32,000 bases of DNA from Candidatus Kuenenia stuttgartensis (GCF_900232105.1 NZ_LT934425.1:90001-122000); one strand, 5' to 3'. Numbered from the stretch's first letter, positions 14,361 to 24,159 are shown. Notes: generated by a model not told the origin, from the letters alone. Translations and numbers: made by a program.

Positions 14361-16364
14361 CGTGAGTTTATCACGAAATAAGGTGTAAGACAAAGACATC
14401 AAGTTGCAATCCAATGATTTGTATCGGGTTGCGACTTTTTTTGTCTAAAAAATTATGTATACACTGAATAATACTATATTTATATTGCATTATATGCCTG
14501 TATATACTATTATACACGGAGTATTAATCTATTACGTATACACTAACAACTAATAGCCATGGCTACCATTCAATCTAAAAACTCCAGAGGTTATAAATAT
14601 TGGTATATTGTCGAATCGCGGCGCGTTAACGGCAAGCCCAGGCCCATCGTCCTGGCCTATCTTGGCAAGGCAGACGATTTATTAAAACAACTGCAAGGTC
14701 TTACCGAAAAATTACGGCTCAAATCTTATTCACATGGCGCGGTAGCCGCATTGCTAAGTGTGGCCAATGCCCTGGACGTCCCTTCCGTGATTAATAAATA
14801 TATAAAGTCGCCACGGCAGTATTGTGCTAAAAAACCTGTTCGAAATAATCTGACCGCCGGAAGTACCCTCTTGTTGGGTGCCGTGGGGAGAGTGTGTGTG
14901 CCTACCAGCAAAAGAGGATGGTGGGATTGGGCAAAGACGACTACTGCCGAATACTTACTCAGACACAGCTTGAGTAAAATAGACAGTCAGCATTTCTGGG
15001 ATTTGATGGATGCACTTCCTGAAGAATCCATTGCAGAAATCGAGCGCGAATTAATTGAAAAGACATTTAAAACATACAACCTTCAAAGCGACACACTGTT
15101 TTTTGATACAACCAATTTTTTCACGTATATCGACACAACTAATCTGCGATGCACTATTGCCCGGCGGGGGAAAAACAAACAAAAGCGATACGATCTCAGG
15201 CAGGTCGGGTTGGCGATGGTCGTTACACGTAACGACATGATACCGTTGTTTCACCATACCTATCAGGGGAACATGGCGGATGCAAAGGTGTTCAGCGCGG
15301 TTCTTGAGACGATAAAAGACAGGATGACCGGATTAGGTTTCGACAGCAAAAAGCACACTATTGTTTTTGATCGTGGAAACAATTCCATGGACAATATGGC
15401 TATTGTAGAGAGATTGGCATTGCATTACGTTGGAGCGCTTACACCGTATCATCACAAGCAGTTGGTAGGGGATGCCATGTGTAATTTCAGGGAATATGAC
15501 GTTGACGGCAGTAAGATACAGGTGTACCATGACAAACGGGTTATTTGGGGGCAGGAAAGAACCGTTGTCGTATTTATTTCCGAGAAATTAAAGGTTGGGC
15601 AATTAAGGGGAATGTCTCAGTCTCTGGAAAAGGCAGAACATCAGTTAAAGCTCTTACAGCAGCATCTGTGTAATCCAAAGGGAAAGATGCGGGACAAAGA
15701 GGGTCTGGAGGATACGATAAGAAGTGTAGTGAAATGTCAATTTGCGAAGGATGTTATCGATTGGTCGTTAAAAGAGGTATCTGAAGGCAAGTTTCAATTG
15801 AATTTTTCAATCGACCAGAAAAAGCTCGAAGAAATAGAAGGGGAACTGGGGTTCAGGATTCTTATGACAGACCATCACGATTGGGATACCGCGGACATTA
15901 TAAAAGCCTACTATGGGCAATCAAAAATTGAACATGCCTTTAGAAATCTCAAGAACCCCTATCACCTTGCTTTAAAACCGCAATTTCACTGGACGGATCA
16001 GAAAATCAGGGTGCATTTTTTTATTTGCGTCCTCGGATACCTAATGGCGGCGATTGTGTGGTATCAGGCAAAAGCGCACGCACAATTTAGTGGAACGTTA
16101 GATACCCTGTTAGACACCCTTAATAATATAAGGCTTTCTGCTATGCTTGAAGAAACAAAGGCCAGAGGGAGAGTTAAGGCTACCTACAAATTGGAAGAAA
16201 TGTCCGACAAGGAATCTCTGTTGATGAATGCGTTAGGCATTATGGATTTCCACAAACATCGGCTGAAACTTCAAGGACTCAGTGTATACAATTGATGTTG
16301 TGCTTAACGCATTGACTGTATTTATGTTACGTTGCTTCATGCCTTATTTTGTGATAAACTCACG
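14361..16364 (+). mobile_element. IS4-superfamily (IS1634-like) insertion sequence, 2004 bp, inside cas10
   Basis: Terminal inverted repeats are cgtgagtttatcacGaaataagg (14361-14383) and ccttattTtgtgataaactcacg (16342-16364), matching 22 of 23 with weaker similarity extending to about 33 bp. It is flanked by CTAG at 14357-14360 and 16365-16368, consistent with a 4-bp target duplication. It carries a single transposase ORF. Confidence 0.85.
14559..16295 (+). CDS. DDE transposase, IS4 superfamily / IS1634-like
   Basis: 578 aa. The N-terminus SRGYKYWYIVESRRVNGKPRPIVLAYLGK is typical of IS1634-family transposases. DDE candidates are FFDTTNF, VFDRGNNS and YYGQSKIEHAFRNLK (a Y-x2-R/Q-x3-E-x6-K type motif). 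Confidence 0.85.
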   Translation: MATIQSKNSRGYKYWYIVESRRVNGKPRPIVLAYLGKADDLLKQLQGLTEKLRLKSYSHGAVAALLSVANALDVPSVINKYIKSPRQYCAKKPVRNNLTAGSTLLLGAVGRVCVPTSKRGWWDWAKTTTAEYLLRHSLSKIDSQHFWDLMDALPEESIAEIERELIEKTFKTYNLQSDTLFFDTTNFFTYIDTTNLRCTIARRGKNKQKRYDLRQVGLAMVVTRNDMIPLFHHTYQGNMADAKVFSAVLETIKDRMTGLGFDSKKHTIVFDRGNNSMDNMAIVERLALHYVGALTPYHHKQLVGDAMCNFREYDVDGSKIQVYHDKRVIWGQERTVVVFISEKLKVGQLRGMSQSLEKAEHQLKLLQQHLCNPKGKMRDKEGLEDTIRSVVKCQFAKDVIDWSLKEVSEGKFQLNFSIDQKKLEEIEGELGFRILMTDHHDWDTADIIKAYYGQSKIEHAFRNLKNPYHLALKPQFHWTDQKIRVHFFICVLGYLMAAIVWYQAKAHAQFSGTLDTLLDTLNNIRLSAMLEETKARGRVKATYKLEEMSDKESLLMNALGIMDFHKHRLKLQGLSVYN

Positions 16365-18441
16365 CTAGAAGATGTAAAGGGTAGTTTTCGTCGGCAGTGA
16401 TAATACCTCCTGAAATGCTAAGCCTACCGCAGGTATAACTCTTGAAACTATTATTAATGTCGAAGGCAACTTCAACTACATCATCCCATGAACCAACTAA
16501 AAACAAATCATCACCACCGGAATAGATTATGCTTATATTTCTACCTTTGTTTTCCGTGTGGCTTTTCTCGCTAATATCAAGGGCGCTATATATACTGCTA
16601 TCAAGCTTTCTCTCACAAATACGCCTGATATAATGTTTAAAAAATAAGGTCAATTCTCTTGAGAGTGTGGATAGTTTGGAGAAGGTTCTGTTCTGTTTGT
16701 CTAAACCTTTTAAAAATACTTTCGCCAGATGATCAATATCCATTCTTAATACACCAATCCTTGATGCGCCTCTCGATGCCAAGCTGAGCCCCTGAAAACT
16801 AGCAGTAGATCTTATGGATGCTTTCCCTTCCAATTCCTTACTTTTGGCTTTTTCCGGGAGATCATTTACGATACGTACATAATTACAATAACAGAGTTGA
16901 GAGGTGTTATGGGTTGAGAATTTATTTATGTCGGAATTATTTAGAAGATAAGTCCTGTCTGCATCATTTGTCCGATTCTCAAAAGAATAGGATATAAAAT
17001 GCCCTTTAATTTTAGGCAAACATATCGTGTCTTCAATTTTTTCATCTACATTCTTTCCTTGTATCTCCGTGCAATCAATTAGGGTATCTCCCAAAGAGTA
17101 TAATTTTTTGCAAAAGTCGCAAGATTTTATTTTTTTCTGAAAAATAATTAGATCAGTTAAAGTAACATCATCTCTGTAGCAAATAGAACATTTTTCTAAA
17201 GGGTCTTTTGTCTCTATAGGACTGAGTATCTCCGACAAATTGTTGCTGAATTTGTTTGATTTTACTTTTGATAACTCATTGCCCAAGTTAGACCATACTT
17301 CGCATATTTTATCCGTAGATAAATCATCTCCTGAGACCGGAACGGAGGTCATCGCGAGAAATAGCGTGTGTCGAAAATTGGCCAATAACCAGTTGTTAAT
17401 TTTTTGTGCAAAATGATTTATTTCTAATTCAATACCATCCTTGTTATGAGAAAGGATATAAAATTTGCCTCCGCCATTGTAAATAATGTTTGCTCTGGTT
17501 AAATTGAAGTACTCTATTATTTCAGAAACCACGTGTTCCGTAAATAGCTCAAGAAAAAAAGACCGTGCTCTTAGAGTTTTTAAGGCACCTTTTGAAGATA
17601 TTGTATAGATAAAGGTTTGAACCCCGGAGATATCACCCCCAATGAGTCTGAAATAATTTTTATTTCTGTCTAATATTTCATCCTTAAATATATTTGCATT
17701 AAACATTTCTTTTTTTAATTCAATAAAATAATTATAAAGGCAGGAAGCTATGGCGGATGTTACCTTGGCATGGTCAAAAAAAGAAACGTCTGAGTATAAA
17801 GCCACATTATTTTTTGTTTTTACTGTTTCCGAAGGTACGGAAGACCAATATTTTTCTAATAATACGATAAGTGCTGAAATCGATAAACCTTTTTGAATCC
17901 AAATTGTAAAATCATTCTCAAATTGCTTGAGAAGGTTGTCGTAATCGTACGCTTCTATTTTTATATGCTCCCTCTCTTCTGGATAGCGTATTTCTCTTGA
18001 AAGCGGTTTTAATTTATGAAAATAACATTTTTCTTCAGATATATTTTCTTTCAAATGGATTTTTGAAAATATTGACATTAAGGGCTCATGCTTTAGGTTG
18101 ATTGATTCAACTATTTCTTCGTCTTTTAGTGACGTTGCTAAATTATTTGCCTGGTAGCAAATCAAGGTTAAATTGTTATTTTCTATTTCTCTAATGTATT
18201 TTTTATTATGGAGCTTTGTGTACGTTGATATTGTCGATGGCAAACCATTCATTACATGCTTATCTAGCCATTCCATACCCATGGAACAAGAGTCTCTTCC
18301 ATTATTATCTTGATTTGCACGAATTACTATCTTTCCTATATCATGTAATAATGAGCCAAGGATTATAGATTTATATTCCCTCGTCTGTTCTTCATTCATA
18401 TGATTCTCCATAATTTCGTTTCTCTTATTCAAAATTAGCAA
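16365..18441 (-). pseudogene. cas10: cas10/csm1 N-terminal fragment (HD + Palm/cyclase), truncated by the IS
   Basis: HD motif SLLHDIGK, first Palm GGDISGVQTFIY, Cys cluster CSICYRD..CDFC, and cyclase motif YSGGDDLFLVGSWDD. It ends ...ENYPLHLLA* with the stop supplied by the IS end. Confidence 0.85.
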
Positions 18442-18659
18442 TCCGTTATTGAAATATGTAATACTTCTTCATACATAAAGTGCCTTGTTGCTCCAATTAA
18501 TTCAATATGATTAGATAATTATATTGAATCAATCATCAATAGTTAAAAAACTCATATCAACCTTCAAAAGAAAACGCATACCATAAACACCGAATGGATA
18601 CAACATCCCTTCTATCAGGCCGAACCAGCAGAGCTGGAGTGAAAGTCAAAAGTAAAAAG

Positions 18660-19073
18660 TCATTCTTTCTCCCATGTACTAATCATCTTACTCAACATAG
18701 CCCGTATCTCCTGGCATGTTTGTTCCCGTTTCACAAATACCATTGAATCTATGAACCCAGATCTTTTTAGTTTTTCATACCAATCAATTGTTCCATTTGC
18801 AGACCCTCTTGAAATATATAAATAATGTACAAACTCTTACTCTTACTCTTACTCTTACTCTTACTCTTACTCTTACTCTTACTCTTACTCTTACTCTTTC
18901 CTTCTTCCATATCTCTCTGTAATATTAGCGGTAATTGAAAAAACACTTCGTATTATTTGATTTGCTATTATCTTGCCAACCTCTGTTTTTGGGAATTTTT
19001 CTATGTCCCTTATCACTTCATCAAATAAATTCATGCCCGTTTGCCATACTTTCAGTTCCCCGAAATCTTTCAT
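18660..19073 (-). pseudogene. Four-helix-bundle (23S rRNA IVS / S23-type) protein gene interrupted by a stop-containing microsatellite
   Basis: The N-terminal part is MKDFGELKVWQTG...ANITERYGRRKE (track ORF 18891..19073). The C-terminal part, FVHYLYISRGSANGTIDWYEKL...STWEKE*, is read from 18833 down to 18660. Without the 60-bp repeat the gene would encode a contiguous 117-aa family-typical protein. Confidence 0.7.
18834..18898. repeat. Hexanucleotide microsatellite (CTCTTA) of about 10.8 copies
   Basis: Ten perfect tandem CTCTTA units span 18834-18893, followed by a partial ctctt. On the coding (minus) strand it reads (TAAGAG)n. Confidence 0.95.
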
Positions 19074-19129
19074 GCTTTTTCGTTATTTCCTTTAAACTTG
19101 CAACATTCATCTTTCAACTCCGCCATTGG

Positions 19130-19914
19130 TGGCTTATCCCTTCTACATCAGGTCAATAATTCCCACGCACAAACAGAAACTAACCCTGATAATTTGCTTT
19201 TTAGTTCTGTCTCAATCCCTTCTACATCAGGTCAATGATTTCCACAAGAAATTTTATCTGCTTTTGACGCAGACTTTGTTTCTGTTTGTCTCAATCCCTT
19301 CTACATCAGGTCAATGATTTCCACGATGGTGTGCTATATGTTGTGTGGAATGTGTTTTTGCTGTCTCAATCCCTTCTACATCAGGTCAATGATTTCCACC
19401 CAATGCAATAACGGGGGAGACGTCTTTACCTTTGTCTCAATCCCTTCTACATCAGGTCAATGATTTCCACCAAAAAGAAGATTTTCCTGATGCAAAAGTA
19501 TGTATCGTCTCAATCCCTTCTACATCAGGTCAATGATTTCCACGTCAATAGCACTGGCGATGACTTTCCGTTCTCCAAGTCTCAATCCCTTCTACATCAG
19601 GTCAATGATTTCCACGTTCCTAATCCGGCGCCACACATGCCTTTTTCATACCACGTCTCAATCCCTTCTACATCAGGTCAATGATTTCCACCGGGAAAGC
19701 GACCATACCTACTGGTACGGCGATGAGCGTCTCAATCCCTTCTACATCAGGTCAATGATTTCCACCTGAAATTGATGACAGTGGGTTCTCCAATCCGTTT
19801 TCGTCTCAATCCCTTCTACATCAGGTCAATGATTTCCACCCAGATTCATATGAAGCGCCAGAATGTCTTGATGATAAGTCTCAATCCCTTCTACATCAGG
19901 TCAATGATTTCCAC
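19130..19914 (-). CRISPR. CRISPR array 2: 10 perfect plus 1 degenerate 37-bp repeat, 10 spacers of 34-42 bp
   Basis: Same repeat as array 1. Repeats start at 19209, 19288, 19363, 19434, 19507, 19579, 19655, 19729, 19803 and 19878. The degenerate terminal copy at 19130-19166 (tggcttatcccttctacatcaggtcaataattcccac) is at the leader-distal end, which supports minus-strand transcription. Confidence 0.97.
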
Positions 19915-20115
19915 GCCGGCATATGTAACTTTAGAATTAACAACTACTTGCAAGGCCATTTCCTGTAACCTCCACAATCTGTAATCATTACACATCGAGA
20001 TTTTTATCCTTTTTCTTAAAAAATTCTCTTAACCTGTTAAAACACAATTGATTATGATTTTCCTGTAACCACCCCCTTTTTTAACTATGTTTCTAAAATC
20101 CGTTAACTCTTTAAA
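19915..20115 (-). promoter_or_regulatory. CRISPR leader 2
   Basis: Nearly identical to 4428-4632; after the first 3 nt, the next roughly 80 nt are identical. It contains tttcctgtaacc at 19959-19970 and 20059-20070. Confidence 0.75.
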
Positions 20116-20205
20116 ACATAGTCTGTTATGCACGGATTTAGGACTTTCTCTCTTTTTTCTGGCAACAAGGGAAAAACGCCTTATTCACCTCCTTATTTTG
20201 CTTTT

Positions 20206-21168
20206 TTACTTATTTGAAGACTTCATTATTTCATATCTCCCAAGACCGAATGACGTCCCTTTTCCGATATGGATAAATTCCCCTAATTTGAGAAAGGGTA
20301 TAAATTCGGAGTTATTACCTTCATAGGTAACAGTTCCCAAAACACCACCAAGGGACATCCACTGCTCCTGCCGCGTAGAATACCGATTCCAGTCATACCA
20401 GTGAAGATCAGAGTGTGTTTGCCTGATAGTGGATGCCTTTTCGATTAATCCTTTAAAATCAACTTCCAATCTTTCTTCACAATGGAAATATGATAAAGAC
20501 GAAATGCGCCTCAGAAGGTTTCGGACAAGGACGTGGAATTCAAGGATATCCGTAATGTGACCGTTAAAACGAAGCCGTACAGGGGTTTTCAGGGAAATAT
20601 GCAGGGTATCATTATCAGAACTGCCATTGTGGTGTTGTAACTGCCGGGAGTAAATGATGGGAAATTGGTTGGTAAGTATCTGGTCTTGACCGTTATAGAT
20701 AGGAACCGATTCATCGTTAATGCCGGTTCCCTCAACAAGGGTAAGGTCATATTTACCCCTGCCCTTACCGATACCCTGTCTCCCCAGTTCGGTAAAGGTA
20801 TAGATAAAATAAGGCAAATACTCTATGGCCTTGCCAATGAGGATAAGATTGAAGGGAAATGATTCTCCGGGGGTATAAAGAAGCTTTTCATCTGCAGGGG
20901 GTTCTATGACAAAAGGATGGGGCACTTTGGGGTAGAGACGAAGCATCCCGGCGTCTTCCGGGGGCGGAGTTTCAAAGATATATGCGTAAATGCATTTTTG
21001 TTTCAGCATGCAGTTATCGCATGGTTTTCCCTTTACCACACAGACGATTTTTTTAAAGGCATACCCAAATCCACCGCGAAATACCGCCCCCTTATATGCA
21101 GGAAAACGTATGTGGTCTTTCGCACACACGGTAAATCTGAATTTCGCCAAACGGAATGAGATGGGCAT
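20206..21168 (-). CDS. cas6: Cas6-family pre-crRNA endoribonuclease (long form with Cys-containing N-terminal domain)
   Basis: 320 aa. FRFTVCAKDHIRFPAYKGAVFRGGFGYAFKK, CDNCMLKQKCIYAYIFETP, and a C-terminal G-rich loop HIGKGTSFGLGRYEI. It is transcribed toward leader 2 and array 2. Confidence 0.8.
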   Translation of the reverse strand: MPISFRLAKFRFTVCAKDHIRFPAYKGAVFRGGFGYAFKKIVCVVKGKPCDNCMLKQKCIYAYIFETPPPEDAGMLRLYPKVPHPFVIEPPADEKLLYTPGESFPFNLILIGKAIEYLPYFIYTFTELGRQGIGKGRGKYDLTLVEGTGINDESVPIYNGQDQILTNQFPIIYSRQLQHHNGSSDNDTLHISLKTPVRLRFNGHITDILEFHVLVRNLLRRISSLSYFHCEERLEVDFKGLIEKASTIRQTHSDLHWYDWNRYSTRQEQWMSLGGVLGTVTYEGNNSEFIPFLKLGEFIHIGKGTSFGLGRYEIMKSSNK

Positions 21169-21477
21169 TCAATATTTCCAAAACAGAAAAGATTTTTGAG
21201 AAATAAACACCACCCTACCGAAAACTCCCTCCCCGATGGCTCAACACTATAGTTTTAATATTGGGGAAAATCAATAAGAAAATGGAAGGGGAAATATACC
21301 GGATCTAAACGCGCCGGAAAAGAAATGAGTTCACCGCAAATCATAAAAAACGCAAAGGTCTTTAAAGCAATTCCGGAATAAAAGATTACTGTGTAAGAAT
21401 GGTGAAAGGCCTGAAGATTAGTGATAATTTAGTTTATTTAAACAAGGGGTTTATCCAATACACTCTTTTGCGTGAGA

Positions 21478-21554
21478 TGGTGGGCGATACTGGACTCGAA
21501 CCAGTGACCTCTTGCTTGTCGAGCAAGCGCTCTAGCCAACTGAGCTAAACGCCC
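21478..21554 (-). tRNA. tRNA-Val (anticodon GAC), CCA encoded
   Basis: The reverse complement is GGGCGTTTAGCTCAGTTGGCTAGAGCGCTTGCTCGACAAGCAAGAGGTCACTGGTTCGAGTCCAGTATCGCCCACCA. It folds as a cloverleaf by hand with a 7-bp acceptor stem (one U-U), D arm GCTC/GAGC, anticodon stem CTTGC/GCAAG with loop TCGACAA, and T arm ACTGG-TTCGAGT-CCAGT. Confidence 0.9.
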
Positions 21555-21857
21555 ATATAATGTTTCGGAGAAATTCTGTAACGGTTATTGATGTGGTCGG
21601 GTATGATCAACTACGGAATAATGTTATTAAAATTATTGTTTATTGTCAAGGCAATAAGTAGTTTATACGATTGTGATAATTTACCGCCTAAGTGGCCGGA
21701 AACGCTGAGAAACGAAGGGCAGAAGAAATTTTTATAATATATTTTCATTTTCCACAATCTCCAATTCCCTGTTATAATTTAACAAATGCTGTTTTTACTT
21801 AGCCACTCCCGCCTCCAATAGGCAGGCATCGTGTTTAACGTTTTTTTTAATCGTGTT

Positions 21858-22508
21858 ATGAAAGTACTTGGTATTGAAACATCCGGGAATATCGGGGGTA
21901 TTTCCCTTTGTGAGAATCAACAATGTATTATCACAAAAACATTCAGCGGTATCGTACAACATGAAAGGGAGCTCGTCCCTGCCATTAAGGATGCTTTAGA
22001 AGAGGCACACTGGCAGATCAACGATATTGAAGTTATCGCAGTGAATGTGGGACCTGGTTCCTATACGGGATTAAGGATTGGCGTTACTTGCGCAAAGACC
22101 CTCGGATACGCGCTGAACAGGCCGGTCGTTGATGTGCCAATATTTGATATCATCGCGGAAAATTACCACTCGGACGGTACGTTATCCCTCTGCCCGATAA
22201 TTGACGCCAGGCGTAAGCACGTATACGCATGTGTTTACCTATTTGAAGGAAACCGAAAAAAAAGGCTAACGGAATTTCTGGTAATTGAGCCGGAGAAGTT
22301 GTTAGCTCTTCTCCCAAGACCGGTAACTATTTTCGGAGATGGCATTCCGCTCTACAAGGAGATTTTTTCTCAGGAAGATATTATCATTGAAGCGGAATAC
22401 TATGCTATACCAAAACCGGAGCACGTTGCGTTGCTGGGAGAAAAATTGTATGTGTCAGGATATCAATGTGCACTTGAAAAACTCTTGCCTCTTTATTTAC
22501 AGAGGTAG
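21858..22508 (+). CDS. tsaB: tRNA threonylcarbamoyladenosine (t6A) biosynthesis protein TsaB
   Basis: MKVLGIETSGNIGGISL and GPGSYTGLRIGVTCAKTLGYAL are YeaZ/TsaB motifs. ATG at 21858 is preferred over the GTG at 21831. Confidence 0.8.
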   Translation: MKVLGIETSGNIGGISLCENQQCIITKTFSGIVQHERELVPAIKDALEEAHWQINDIEVIAVNVGPGSYTGLRIGVTCAKTLGYALNRPVVDVPIFDIIAENYHSDGTLSLCPIIDARRKHVYACVYLFEGNRKKRLTEFLVIEPEKLLALLPRPVTIFGDGIPLYKEIFSQEDIIIEAEYYAIPKPEHVALLGEKLYVSGYQCALEKLLPLYLQR

Positions 22509-22565
22509 GAATTTATAATTTTATCGACTCTATCATGAACAAGAACTATTCATTTATTTCGTCCG

Positions 22566-23018
22566 TTATCGATATCTTATCAATTTACAGTACGCATGCC
22601 TCAAACCTAAAGGCGCTACATCCCGTAATTTTAAAATAATCCTTGTCCTTTCGATGGACATGTTTTTGACGGCTAATTGGAAGACATGTCTCGATCTGTC
22701 ATAGGTGAATAAGACCATGCCGATGAAATATAATTTAAAGAGAATAACAAGAATTACCGGGGAAGTAAAAAGCAAGACCTTCAGCCTGGAAGTCTCTTCA
22801 ACAAATGCCTGAAATGCCGGCATCAAAAACAATATCGTTATTGAACACGTCGCTAAAAGAATAAGAAACACCTTTACGGACATATAAACCAGTGCGCATT
22901 TTTTAAAGCAATTATCCCCTGTTCCGTCAAAATCCTGTATTGCTGAAAAGAATTCCCCTTTTTTCTCCCGTATATTTTCTAAAAACCCAGCTATTGTATT
23001 ATTTTTTATTTGTTCCAT
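22566..23018 (-). CDS. Hypothetical membrane protein
   Basis: 150-aa ORF with 2-3 hydrophobic segments (VKVFLILLATCSITILFLMPAF and LLFTSPVILVILFKLYFIGMVLF). No recognisable family motif. Confidence 0.4.
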   Translation of the reverse strand: MEQIKNNTIAGFLENIREKKGEFFSAIQDFDGTGDNCFKKCALVYMSVKVFLILLATCSITILFLMPAFQAFVEETSRLKVLLFTSPVILVILFKLYFIGMVLFTYDRSRHVFQLAVKNMSIERTRIILKLRDVAPLGLRHAYCKLIRYR

Positions 23019-23041
23019 TAAATCATCCCGAAGCTTTTATG

Positions 23042-24064
23042 TTAATTTTTCCCTGCAAATCTGTGGTTATATTGTATTTCATAGTATTTCATAAATTCAC
23101 CATTCTTTATTTGCTTCCACCATTGCTCATTTTCTTCGTACCATTTTATTGTGTCTCTCAGACCTTCCTCAAAATCTATCTGTGGTTTCCATCCTAAAGA
23201 CTTCAGTTTCGTACAATCCAGAGCATAGCGCCGGTCATGTCCCTCCCTGTCTTTTACGCTCTCTATCATACCTTTATCTTTAGCAAGTACGCTTAATATA
23301 AATAACGCCGTATCTATATTTTGTTTTTCATTTCCACCGCCAATATTATAGACTTCGCCCTCTTTCCCATTTTCAATGATAAAATCGATAGCAGCGCAAT
23401 GGTCTTCCACATGAATCCAGTCCCTTTCCTGCCTTCCATCGCCATACAACGGAAGTTTTAACCCTTCAATTGCATTGGTAATAAAAAGCGGAATAAACTT
23501 TTCCGGATGTTGATAAGGTCCGTAATTATTGGACGCCCTGGTTATGATAATTGGCAGTTTGTAGGTATTCCAGTAAGCAAATGCAAGGCGATCCCCCCCC
23601 GCCTTGCTGGCTGCATATGGATTGCTTGGGTTTAACGAATCGGTTTCTTTAAAAGCATCATGGAAAGCGGTGCCATACACTTCATCCGTTGATATTTGAA
23701 TGAACTTCTTAATGGTGTATCTGCGTGAAGCTTCCAGCAGTACGAATACCCCTTTTATATCAGTATCTATAAACGTACCAGCGCTGAGTATACTACGGTC
23801 AACATGTGTTTCCGCTGCGAAATTGACAATTACATCAATCTTTTCGGTGGACATTACATGGTCAACTAATTCCTGATTACAAATGTCGCCCTTATAGAAT
23901 TTAAAATAACCGGATAGTTCCCTGTCTTCGCGAATATCTCTTAGATTTTCCAGATTGCCCGCGTAAGTCAATTTATCAAGCACTACGACATGGCTATGCT
24001 TAACCATACGGCGGACAAAGTGACTCCCGATAAATCCAGCGCCACCCGTTATCAGTATTGCCAT
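23042..24064 (-). CDS. rfbB: dTDP-glucose 4,6-dehydratase
   Basis: 340 aa. TGGAGFIGSHF Rossmann motif, SDR catalytic YAASKAGGD, full-length similarity pattern to RmlB, and HPEKFIPLFI. Confidence 0.9.
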   Translation of the reverse strand: MAILITGGAGFIGSHFVRRMVKHSHVVVLDKLTYAGNLENLRDIREDRELSGYFKFYKGDICNQELVDHVMSTEKIDVIVNFAAETHVDRSILSAGTFIDTDIKGVFVLLEASRRYTIKKFIQISTDEVYGTAFHDAFKETDSLNPSNPYAASKAGGDRLAFAYWNTYKLPIIITRASNNYGPYQHPEKFIPLFITNAIEGLKLPLYGDGRQERDWIHVEDHCAAIDFIIENGKEGEVYNIGGGNEKQNIDTALFILSVLAKDKGMIESVKDREGHDRRYALDCTKLKSLGWKPQIDFEEGLRDTIKWYEENEQWWKQIKNGEFMKYYEIQYNHRFAGKN

Positions 24065-24159
24065 AATTTGCTCCAGAAAATCAGCCCCGGTCTAAAACCA
24101 CACCTGGGAATCTTTACCCTGCTTTTATTTGTTTGCAGAACTCAGCCATGTTTCCACAA

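Noticed and set aside
13893-14414. The 173-aa ORF start at 14414 (MDCNLMSLSYTLFRDKLT...)
   Set aside because: The first 18 codons lie inside the left terminal inverted repeat of the IS. Real cas10 sequence begins at the CTAG junction (14360).
14449-16294. Inverted copies of tgtatacactga (about 14453-14464, and 16279-16290 within the transposase stop region), considered as possible IS termini
   Set aside because: The cas10 reading frame is restored only when the junctions are placed at the CTAG sites (14357-14360 and 16365-16368), where longer 23-bp inverted repeats exist. The tgtatacactg copies are therefore internal or subterminal.
16308-16376. Plus-strand peptide ...LLHALFCDKLTLEDV resembling the minus-strand SLSYTLFRDKLTLADL, which looked like a duplicated protein fragment
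   Set aside because: The two ends of the IS are imperfect inverted repeats. The protein-like similarity is a by-product, and neither stretch is native coding sequence.
19167-19287. Spacers 1 and 2 of array 2 share an 11-nt reverse-complementary segment (caaacagaaac / gtttctgtttg, the last base coming from the repeat). S2 of array 1 and T8 of array 2 share ggcgatgagc.
   Set aside because: The matches are short, end abruptly and are consistent with chance. They give no support for overlapping protospacers.
19840-19877. A 13-nt identity (catatgaagcgcc) between the leader-proximal spacer of array 2 and csm4 (about 11847-11859), considered as possible self-targeting
   Set aside because: A single 13-mer match among 18 spacers against 64 kb of two-strand sequence is about what chance predicts, and the match does not extend.
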